From contig NC_042999.1 of the NCBI RefSeq assembly GCF_006345805.1, positions 165,912,001 through 165,976,000 on the forward strand: 64,000 nt of DNA. The letters are read 5' to 3'. Below the pieces are notes generated by a model, which saw only the letters and a program-made list of their open reading frames with translations, searched no databases and was not told where the DNA came from. This stretch comes from Octopus sinensis (lineage: Eukaryota). This document shows positions 38,959 through 50,900 of the stretch, in pieces (position 1 is the stretch's first letter; each line of letters starts with the position of its first letter). A program made the position numbers and the translations under genes.

Positions 38959-41900
38959 TAATAGTGGGTAGACAAAGCACCAGCTTGCTAGATATAAGAG
39001 TTAAAAACCTCAAATAAGCCACTAATCATACCGAAAAACGTAACAGCCCAGCAGAAATTGGGCAAACAAGCAAAAATTTAACAAACTCAGCTTTAAGCTG
39101 TAGAATTAGGTTATTGATATACCTGGATCATGATTTCAAATTCTGGGCTATGCCTTAATTCTCTTCAGCAAGTCTCACAATACCCAATATGAAAAATCCA
39201 ACTCACCTCTCTGAATCCGTTTCATGTTGAAAAATTCCGTACCAAAGAGGCGACTTGGATTTTTCCCATTGCTGAGTTTGTTAAGTTTTTGCTCATAAAC
39301 AGACACAACACACATCTCACACATTTATGAGTGAATATCTACATAGACTTCAACACAGTTTCCATCTGGTACTGATCAACCTAAGACTACAGTAATGCAA
39401 TTCCTTTAAACTAACAAAGTAAAGTAAAAAATATAATTACAGTCAATAAAAGCAGAAAAGGGAAAAGAATGACTTATTAAACAATTCTAGTTCAAACTCA
39501 GAACATAAGCTAAAGTTTAAACAATAGAGATGATATTTAAAATTGTTGAGCACAAAGGTCCAGTAATTAGTTCTTGACATGGATGCAACCATGGCTCTAT
39601 GGTACAGATGCTAGAATGGTTGTTTGGCTAGAAAGCTTGATTTTGCAACCACATGATTCCAAATCTAATATATGATACTTTGGCCAAGTCTCTTCAACCA
39701 AAATCTTGGATTGAGTGGAATTTGTTATATGGAAACTATGCAGAAGCCCAAAGTATATACATGTATGTAGGTAGGTATGCATCTTTTATGCATACACATT
39801 GGTGAAAGATTTAAATAACACTGATAAAACTGATCAAGTGTTTGTAAGCAAAAATACCTAGTGGTATTTGTTCTGCATGAGCTACACAAACACTCCCTTG
39901 CCACTTCTTACCATCATAAATGCAATGAATCTATGGAACATTAGAAATCTATAAATAAATGACATTATTATTTTTTGAAATTGGCAATATAAAATATAAA
40001 ACACTTTAAACAACAGATTGTTTTATCAAATCTATTTTTAAATGCAAAACTGAAAAGTAAAAACTTGACATATTAGAAATATAAAAAGCAAAGAAAAGAA
40101 AAAACTGAGAAGTAAAAAGTGTAACTCACTTTGTTGTGGATGTACAAATCAATGTGTTTCGATGGATAATCCTGCTTGTAAACTTTATCAAAGAATTCTC
40201 TCACAAATGGAATATTGTGATGTATAAAAACTGCAATCATTACTTTTGGATAATCAGAAATCTGAAAAAGTTTAGAGAAATCATAGCAATGACAGTCATT
40301 CCATGATATTTCTGGCATAAATTTCACCTTCTTTAAAGGAAAACTCATGTGATGTTGACATCACATGAAGGTTCTAAACAAACACCTATTTCCAGTCTTC
40401 CATGGGAAGATAATCTAGCTTTGGGAAAATATTACCTTGTTTGGAAACAGGTGAGAGTTAGCAACAGGAGAGGCATCCAGCCATAGAAAAATCTTCTCCA
40501 ATAAGCTCCACTTGATCCATGCAAACACAGAAAAGTAGACGTTAAAACAATGATGATGGTTTCTTAAATTTTGTAATTTCAAATCTTACAAATATATTTC
40601 AGTTTACTTTGAGTGGTCAGCAATGTCCAATTTTAAAAGCAGTTCCACCAACAAATAAACCACCTCAAGCCATGCAAAGCATGGGAAAATGGTTGTGAAA
40701 CAATCATAAGACACTTTTGAAATTTTTTTCTGAAATATTTATCTCTGGTAAAAAAAAAAAAGATAAGATTTATTTAATCTATACCTGACTTAAATTTGAA
40801 TGAGCCGTGATGTTAAGATGATGGATGAATGAATGACCTTGTATGTATAAGTTTATCTTTTAACATTTTAACTGGCCAGATCCTGCTTCTCACACCTACC
40901 CTACAATATAATTAGGCACGGGTAAGCAGCTTACTTCCCAACTCCATGGATCTGAGTTCAGTCCCACTGCATGGCACCTTAGGAAAGTGTCTTCTACTAT
41001 AGCTTTGGGCCAACCAAAGCCTTGTGAGTAGATTCATGAAATGGAAACTGGAAGGAAGCCATCAAATATACTTTTATCTGTGTAACTTTGTGTCTGTGTT
41101 TGTCCCACACTCAATGCTTAACAACCAGTGTTGGTGTGTTTACATCCCCATTACTTAGTGGTTCAGCAAAAATGATAGATAGAATAAGTAACAAGCTTAA
41201 AAAAAAGTCCCAGGGTTGATTTATTTGACTAAAAATTCTTCAAGGCAGTGCCCTAGAATGGTTACAATTTAATGACTAAAACAGGTAAAAAATAAAAGAT
41301 AGTCACATAATCAAAATGTCAAATCTACAAGATAATGCATCATCATAATCATCATCGTTTAACGTCTGCTTTCCATGCTAGCATGGGTTGGACGGTTTTG
41401 ACTGAGGGCTGGCGAACCAGATGGCTGCACCAGGCTTCACTCTTGATAGGGCAGAGTTTCTACAGCTGGATGCCCTTTCTAATGTCAACCACTTAACAGA
41501 GTGAGCTGGGTGCTTTTTATGTTCCACCTGCATGAATGCATTTACACAACACTAGCACAGGTGCTGTTTAAGTGGCAATGGCATCTGAAAGGACAAACCT
41601 GTATGTGTGGAAGACAGCAGTTTTACTTAGGAAGAAGAAAGATGTAGCGGAGCGATGGTGTATAGTGGAAGGTATCTATCTACCTAAAGAAAAAGAGGCA
41701 AAAGCACTAGGCCAATTTAGACCGATTTCACTACTAAATACAGACAGGAAAATTATGACGAAACATAAGATTTGTACAGCATAACGGATACGTTAATGAA
41801 GCAATCCAAAAAGCAGGAATCCCCAGAATCCCTGGGTGCATAGAACACGCATTTGCCATCTGGGAAGCCATCACCAGTGCAAAACCTGTATATTGTCTGG

Positions 41901-44900
41901 CAAGATCTTGCCAATGCCTATGGATCTATTCCACACGCAATAATAAAAACAGCGATGGACTTCTTTTGGATTCTAGAAGATGTTCAACGAATGCTCATGT
42001 TCTACTACGACAACCTGAGGATGAGATTCACAGCAGGAAAGTTCACAACGGAGTGGCAACGGAGTGGCAACGGCTTGAAATAGGTATTGCAGCCAGATGC
42101 ACGATATCAGTCATCTTATTCGTGCTAGTCATGGAAATGCTACTCAGATCTACAAACTGTGAGAAAACTGTTACAAAGACAACATTAAGGGCTTTTATGG
42201 ATGACATAACTATATTATCAGAAAGTAGAGAAGCAGCAGAGGGAACGTTAGAGCGGTTGGACGAACTGATAGGATGGGCAAGGATGAAATTCAAAGCCAA
42301 AAAATCTCGAAGCGTGGCTCTCGTGAAAGGAAGGCAAGAAGAAGTGAAATTCAGGATAGGAAGTGAAGACATACCAATGGTGAAAGAACAACCAGTAAAG
42401 AGTCTCGGCAGATGGTATAGAGATTTATTAAATGATAAGAAGCAAAGGAAAGAAACACACGAGTTAGTAGAACAAGGATTAAAGGCAATTGACAGAACAA
42501 CGCTGCCGGGAAAATTCAAATGTTGGATACTGCAATTTGGGCTGTACCCAAGGATAATGTGGCCATTGCAAATGTACGAAATAGCCTCGAGTAGAGTAGA
42601 AAGGGTGGAACAAAGATGCAGTGTGTTTATCAGAAAATGGCTTGGTCTGCCGAAACCACTGAATACAACTGCACTATATGGAAAACCCGTGCTGCAACTA
42701 CCAATAACATCAATCGCCGAAGAATATAAGGCAGGAAAGGCAAGGACAGTAATGATGCTAAGGTATTCAAAAGATCAGAATATCCGGGAAAACTCTCCAA
42801 AGATACGAACAGGGAAGAGGCAGTAAACAGGGCGATCGGAAAGCTAAGGCACACAGATATAGTCGGAGCGACGCAAGAAGCTAGAACCGGCCTTGGGTCA
42901 CAAAATTTCAGACCATTTTGCAAGAGCAGTGTAAAAGAGATGAAAGAGGCAGTGGTATACAAAATGAGAAAGGAGGAAGAAGAAAGGTGAAATGTACATT
43001 TGGTGCAATGCAGTCAACAGGGACAGTGCCTGAGATGTGATCAACTGCAGAATATCATGGAAGGAACTTTGGGCTTGGGAACAAGCAAGAACATCCTTCC
43101 TGATCAAGTCTACCTTCGACGTTCTATCCTCACCGGCGAACTTAGTCCGGTGGAACACAAAAACAACCGATGAGTGTAGATGCGGAGAGAACGCGACGGT
43201 TAGACATGTTCTGTCAAGTTTCAGACTAGCACTTGAAAGATATACATGGCGGCATAATCAAGTCCTCGGTGTCATAAGCGCAGCACTCAAGGAGAAGATT
43301 GAGAGGTACAATAGGGGAGAGTACCCAAAAGTAGAAAAGCGCAGGAAAGTATACTTCCACAAGGAGGGAAAAGGTTATAAAACCAGGCCTACAAATAAAA
43401 TATACGAGATAGACGAAAGATGGAAGGGATACTGGGAGGTGGCCACGGACTTGGAAAGACAAGTAGTATTTCCACTAATAAAAACAACAAAAAGACCGGA
43501 TTTAGTTCTATGGAACAGAGACCGGAGAATGGGAATTTTACTACAACTGACAGTACCTTAGGAAGAGAATATCGGCAATGCAGAGGAACGAAAAGCTAAT
43601 CGAAGAATGTAGAGAACAGGGATGGAATGTCGAATATTATCACCTGGCAGCGGGGGCTAGAGGCTTCATTGAAAGGAAAATGACAACGCTTTTCAAAAGA
43701 AGTATTGATTTTCTAGCCCCGAGCTGCGTAAACTAATAAGGAGAGTACAGGAGGCGGTCGAAAAAGCCAGCTTCTATATACTGAAAATGGCTTGAAAGTC
43801 ATAAACACGCCGACGAGAAATAACATCATTAGGTGAGACAAGCTGACACTGAATCAGCTTCGTTGACTGACAGGTGCCAGTCGTTTAGAAAAAGCGCGGG
43901 CTAAAACTACGCACCTTCACTAGTCAGTTAAGGTGAGACAGTGTCACGTGACAACTTGCTGGGGCTGCCTGTTGGAGCCTAGCGGCAGGTATTTAAAGGG
44001 AGAAATTTGACAAGACAGTCAGTAACTGGCTGACACTTGCTGACGATACATTGAAGAGGCCAGGGAACAGAAGAAAGAAGACATGCACCCAACATCAGAG
44101 CTGAAGACACCTCCGAAAGGGGGGGGGGTGCCACATCAAAACGGTAGAGAAGTAGGGGCCGAAACCGGATGTGGTTCCTCCTGATGATTTCTTGAGCTAA
44201 GTGGATCCTATAAAGGAGTAGTTGTGGTAGCAGACCACGAAACACGGTTGTAATTCCTCCTGTCTTTGCAAGTACAGCAAACAACAACATCTCCCAGTTC
44301 CTTGTCATTTCCTCAGTAGGGTTCAGCCCCTGAAGATCCTTTCTCACTACTTTGTCCTGTATCTTCCTGGGTCTACCTCTTGTGCAGGTACTCTCCACAA
44401 AACAATGTGAATAAATAAGCATTAGATTTGATAGAGTAATCTGAATGCTCAGGGATTAAACCATTTACAGTTATTACAATGTCTCAGATGAATAGAGAGT
44501 AAAGAGATCAAACATTCCTGTTCTCGAGTCTGAGTCATGAATCCTCACAAACTATATTAGACCTGGTGTTATGTTGGTCAGCTATAAACACACAACTCCA
44601 TTAAGCACACATCGAAATTTACTAAACCCATCAAAACTATGCTTAAGCATGGAAAATATCAAATAAGTCAATGTAAAAAGAAATTACTCAGCAGATTAAG
44701 ATTTCTGCCCATGCCATTAAAATGATAATTCCAACACTATTTTAAAACTCAAGTTTCAGCAGAACTTTTAGGAATCTAACACAATGACTCAAAGATGTAC
44801 ATTTGATAGCAGACCACCCGCCATCACCCACCCAGCTGCCCAGACAAAACTGTTTGTTGAGACCACAGACCCGAGAGAAGGAGCTTTTGTCAAGACAACA

Positions 44901-47900
44901 GACAGAGATGTTGGTGTATATAAAATCAACTTAGCATATTGCAACAAATCATATGTAATATAGATTCTTTTACCTTTACAGAAGATAGGCTGAGCACATC
45001 ATCTTTACAGGAAAGACAACCACCAGTTTTTGTCCAACCATCTCCAAGATAATTGGCAAGTCGACTGAATTCTTCCTAAAAAAAAAAATGCCAGAATGAT
45101 AAAAGATGACAATTTGGTGAAATATTTAGGAAGAGGAAAAGCATCAAAATACTATGCTATGCAGTACACATACACAATATTAGCATTACACACACACACA
45201 CACACTATATACCTCTTCCACATATATTGGTTTCAGATTTTGGCCCAAGGCCAGCAATTTCTGGGGCAGGTGTAAGTTGATTACACTGACCCCACCAAAT
45301 TTCAACCGCTACTTACTTTATTGAACCTGATAGGATGAAAGGCAAAGTTGGCCACAGCAGCATTTGAACTCAACATAAAGACAGACAAAATGCTGCTAAG
45401 CATTCTGCCCAGTGTGCTAATGATTCTGCCAACACGCTGCCTTTGTTCACCATATATTATAGACACCATTACTGCTCTCCATACATCACAACAAATACAG
45501 TACAAACATCATTACCACATTACAGATACCAGCACCACTATATTATAATCATCACCACTGTCACATACAAAGGGATCAGGCTGAGAAGTTCCTGGCTTGG
45601 GTAAGATAAAATACAGGAGGATCAGTTAATTATGATTTTAGTCAACATATTCCCCTCTCTGATTCACACACATATTGCAGCAGTCCTTCAGTTTTTCTAA
45701 ACCCTGTAAAGGAACTGGGAAGGCTGAGCCTCCAACCAGGCCTTTCATAATACCCTTAAAGCCAGGAATTTTTCAGCACACCTTATATTCTAAATACCAC
45801 TGTAAAAAAAAAGACCCCCCACCTTCAATCATGACTGACCATAGGACTGCACCTAGAAAGGTACACTCCAAGGCACAAGTCCAAGCAAGTTTGTTTATGG
45901 AAGACCAGCAGTCGCCCATGCATACCAGCCTCCCCTCTCCACACCACTGATGCTATCCAAGGGAAAGGAAAAGGTCAATACGGCTTAAGATCAGTGACGT
46001 TGCAACTCATTTCTATAGTTGTGTGAACTGGAGCAACATGAAATAAAGTGTTTTGCTCAAGAACACAACACACAACCCGGTCTGGGAATCGAACTCACAA
46101 CCTCATGTTGTGATCCCAACACTAACCACTGAATCACCAATGCATATAAAACAAGCACAACCTCTACCACTGTCACCACATACTCACTATTGACATTAGG
46201 AGTCAATGAACAAACCTCTACAGTGTCATTCAACCTGCTAGAAATAGCAACCAAACCTTACTCTACCATCTTTAAAAAAAAAAGTTCATGTTGGATAATG
46301 TGGACCTGGGTTTCAGTTGAGGTCACAGAAAAAGGATGGGATGGCCAAAGTTGGAAAGGTTTTGATCATAAATCTACTCAGTCAAAGATGACCTGGAACT
46401 AAAACAATAACTCTAGACACCACAAACATGTACGCAACTACCACACACTACAGAGCCTCAACATGGTTGCTTGACTGCTGGAAATAGTAGCCAAATCTCC
46501 CTCAAATTACAACCTACTGTCTTAAAAATGAAGATTCATTACACAATATAGTTCATGATATACAAAAAGAACATGGTTGGAAAGCCGTTGTTTGACAAGG
46601 CTGACCTGGGGCCAAACGACAACAAATGCCATCACTGTCTCCACCATACAATAAGAATTAACAACATTCTCCTTCATACTTTACCTTCACTGGTCCGTTT
46701 CCATGTACAACAGTTGGTGTTTGTCTAGTTTTCACATTATACAGGAAACTGTGAGGCCCTTTAAATTTCACCATAATCTCACCTACAACAAAAGAGGAAT
46801 AAGAAAACATTATTTCAGAACTTATGATTTACTTAGAATTATGTATCATCATCATCATCATCATCATTTAGCGTCTGCTTTCCATGCTAGCATGGGTTGG
46901 ACGGTTCAACTGGGGTCTGTGAAGCCAGATGGAGCTGGCAGACGGCCACGAACGGATGGTGCTTTTTACGTGCCGCTGGCACGGGGGCCAGGCGAGGCTG
47001 GCAACGGCCACGATCGGATGGTGTTTTTTATGTGCCACGGCATGGGGACCAGGCGAGGCTAGCAACGGCCACAAACGGATGGTCCTTTTTACGTGCATAG
47101 TTTATGATAAACAACTAAGGGTTAGCTCTTTAGTGTTCAGATTGCTCTATCAAATATCAATAGAATATTCATTTATTACCATTGGTTTGAATTAATGAAG
47201 CAGACCTGTCCTACACAGCAGACACTCAAGAAGACCTGTCCTGTACAGCAGAAGTGTTAAGGCTGCTACCCATAGTGAGGAGGATTGACCTGCAAGAGTC
47301 TCGTGCCAGTTCCACATAATAAGCACTCATGTCAGTATCATGTGAAAAGCACCCAGCACACACTGTAAAGTGATTGGCATTAGGAGACCAGGGATTAGGG
47401 AAACCAGGCCAAATCAGATTGGAACTTGATACAGCTTTCCAGCTGCCATCTCCAGTCAAACCATCCAATACATGCCAGTACATACCTTTCTTTTAAGCCA
47501 GATACTTATGCTACCAATTTCTTTTGCCAAACCAAGTTACGGAGATGTAAACACGCCAACCCTGGTTGTCAAGTGGTGGTAGGGGACAAGCATAGACACA
47601 CACACACACACATATACAATGGGATTCTTTCAGGTTCCATCTACCAAATCTACTCACATGGCTCTGGTTGGCCTGATGCTATAACAGAAAACACTTTCCC
47701 AAAGTGTCATGCAGTGGGATTGAACCCAGAACCACGTGATTAAAAAGCAAGCTTCTTACCACACAGTCCCACCTGCGTCATTTACAAATAAGATTTTGAG
47801 AAGTGAGTGTGATTGTATGTTTTTTCGCTGTTAAAATCTAAACTTCAAGACATCATTACATCTGTTGTGCAAATACAATCTGCAAAAGTCCGTTCACAGA

Positions 47901-50900
47901 AGCTCCTTTGGGATATGGGAAGATAATTGCAATCAGAAGAAGATGTGACATGCTTTATATGAGTGAATAAGGAACAATTGAATCATATTACAGTTAGGAC
48001 AGCCATTTAAAATACATTTATATGAGCAGGTTAATTGACATTGAACTATAAGTTCTCCAGTTGAGTGCTACAGCTCACCAGAAAACATTCAGGTTTGATG
48101 GCAGCCCTTGTTGGGGCCAGTGGAGTAGGGTTTGTTGTTGGGCACTTTTAAAATTTACAGTTCTCTTTCATAGTGCTATAGCCTGCATTTCTAAGCAAGT
48201 TGCAGGCGTGACTCCGTGGCTGAGAGTTTACTTCCCAACCAAATTGTTTCAGGCTCAATCTCAATGTGTGTCACTTTGGGTGTCTGCTACTATAGCCCAG
48301 GGCTACCCAAAGCCTTGCAAGTAGATTTAATAAATGGAAACTGAAGGAAGCTTATCATATATATATCATAATTTTTTTAACATCCACCACACTTTCATGT
48401 GTTGGATGAGATTTGCTGTGGGGGATTTTCTGTGGCCAGAGGCCTTTCTTGCCATCAGCCTTCATGTTTCCAAGTAAAGTAATATTTTCTCATGACCAGA
48501 CATGTGTACATGGAAGTTTGGAAATGAAGGACACCACATGCACATGAAGTTAAGCAAGAAGACAGTGACACACACACACACATGTATGTATATAGATGTG
48601 TATATATGTGTTGAGTGTGTCTTAGTGTCTCCTTTTATTAACATCATGCCATAGTCATAAATGAGTGGATGTCCTCCACCCTACAAGCAGCGTCTTTCAT
48701 TTCCCATCTTCCATAGAAAGATGACTAGCTATGGAGAAATATAATCTTAGCTGGAAACAGGAAGAGCATCCAGCCATAGAAACTGTGCCTCAACAAATTC
48801 CATCTGACCCACCTAAGTATGGAAAAGTGGATGTTAAAATAATGAAGATGGTTATTCTTATTGTGGCTTAGCTTTCTTTTGTAACACTATTAATTTGACA
48901 TAAGATATGTTAAAATGTATGTTATAGCTCACAGTTTTGCAATTTTTCAAGGAGAAATCATAGGCTATCTGATTTTTTTTTTATATTCTTACAAAAATTA
49001 AGAATATTGTATCACCCAAAACACTGTCACAAACATTGATAAAAGTTACTGATTAAAAAATTAATTAAGAATAATAACTCAAATTAAATTAGCACAGTAT
49101 TTTGAAAAGAATATGCTTTCCCAGAAAAATATTTTAAATGCAAAAATTAAGGCGGTACTCCAGCATGGCTACAGTCAAATGACTGAAACAAGTAAAAGAA
49201 TTAAACTTTGATTTTAAAGTTGTGTATTTGGGTGCTCTTTAACTCTTTAATTAGTTTCAGCTTGGAGCACTGCCATTTGCTTCACTACACTTTCTCTGAT
49301 ATGTGTCATTTCATGAATGAGGAAATCTGATGTTGCTGCTCTCATTTCTATTTCCTACCATGAGGTGGATTCATCCAGAACTCTTAACAGGACAAGGACC
49401 AGTTCACTTTTGAAGACACCTCCATCCACTCCATGCAATTCTATCAAGCTTTCGGGAAGATATTGAGTTGTGGGCCCTTGAAACCCAGGTTGTTGCAGAT
49501 CTTGTCCTGTATCTTGATGCTGATATCTTTGGCACCATAGAGTGGTACCTTGTTCTACTATTTAACTTTCAATGCCAAAGCTTGGTACAAGTTTTTCCGA
49601 GATTTTCCAGATGCATATCCCTGCATTTCTTTACCACTTTCATTCTAGAGAGTTGACTTTTGCAGCCTTTGCCAATACCTGACATGTAGCAGTGAGATGA
49701 TCTACTTTGTTTAGCCTTGCTAGATAGCTTCAAGTTCTGCCATTAATTTTACACTGTGTGCTGACCATAGTTGAGAACAGTAATTTAAGCAGCTGAGAAC
49801 ATATGTCTCCTTGAGGACCGTCATGGCTTCCTGTTCTCTTATTCTGAAAGGTCTGAGGATCCAGCTGGCCAGCCACCATTTTATTGCCAACTCAGTAATG
49901 TGCACCTGGAAAGATGCATCATTGCTTGTGTCAATGACCAGGTTGCACACTGATTTTGATTCAGGGATTGCAATCCCTCCTGGGCCAGTGTATCCTGACA
50001 GTATTTCATTCAGCTTTGTGTTGCACTGGTAACACAAGACTTGGAATTTTCCAGCATTAAACTGCATGTTATAATCCTTAGCCCAGCTGTATAATGTGTC
50101 CAACTCCCGTTGCAGGTACACAGCATCTCCAGGGCTCTGTATCCTATGAGAAACTTTTGTATCATCTGCAGAGCTAGCAAGGGTGGCTATCTGAGCAGTT
50201 AAGGGCAAGTCTGAGAAGGCCATTGTGAATAGCAGTGACCCATGTGGGACACCACTCATTATTCATATTTTTCAGAGGTGGCCCCATTGGCTACAACTAA
50301 CTTAATTTTATCTTTTAGAAAGTCATGTAGCTACTCTCCAAGTTTTCCAACAATGACAGTCACACAGCTTGGGACATCATATCAAGGTTGACTTTATCAA
50401 AAGGCTTTTGCAAAGTTGAGATATATCATGTCCCCATTGAGTTGTTGAGCAGCTTCTTTAACAACCAGCCTTAGTGCTGTAACCTGCCCAATGTAAGACG
50501 GCCTGAGGGCTTTTCCTTCTCAGGTGCAAACAAACACAGGTGAAATCCCTGCTAAACCTCACCAACATATTATATATGGAGGAAGTTGTACTCCAAACAA
50601 TCAGGGCAAACAATATACTCAGTTTATGCTTCACAAACAATGTGGATCTCATCCACAATGTGAAATTAACATCGATGTTAGTTTGGGATCACAAAAGATG
50701 ACTATGTATGGACCAAAGGAATCCACATACATGCAGCCTGTGAGTAGCACCTAAAATCAATCCAATCTGAACTTCCATAAAGCAGATTGGAAAGCAATTG
50801 AGAAAAAAATCATGAAACAGAATTGGCCTCAATGTCTCTCCACACATGACATCAACATGAAACTCAAATAACTCACATCCTTAATGTAAGCTATATGTTA

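Noticed and set aside
44100-44190. Hammerhead ribozyme from CTGAAGA..GAAA and GAAAC..CTGATGA blocks in the RLE 3' UTR
   Set aside because: Stem II closing pair is absent and only 4 nt are available for stem I; no type I, II or III fold can be built.
46860-47100. CRISPR-like array
   Set aside because: Tandem units without unique spacers, inside an RTE tail, in a eukaryotic intron.
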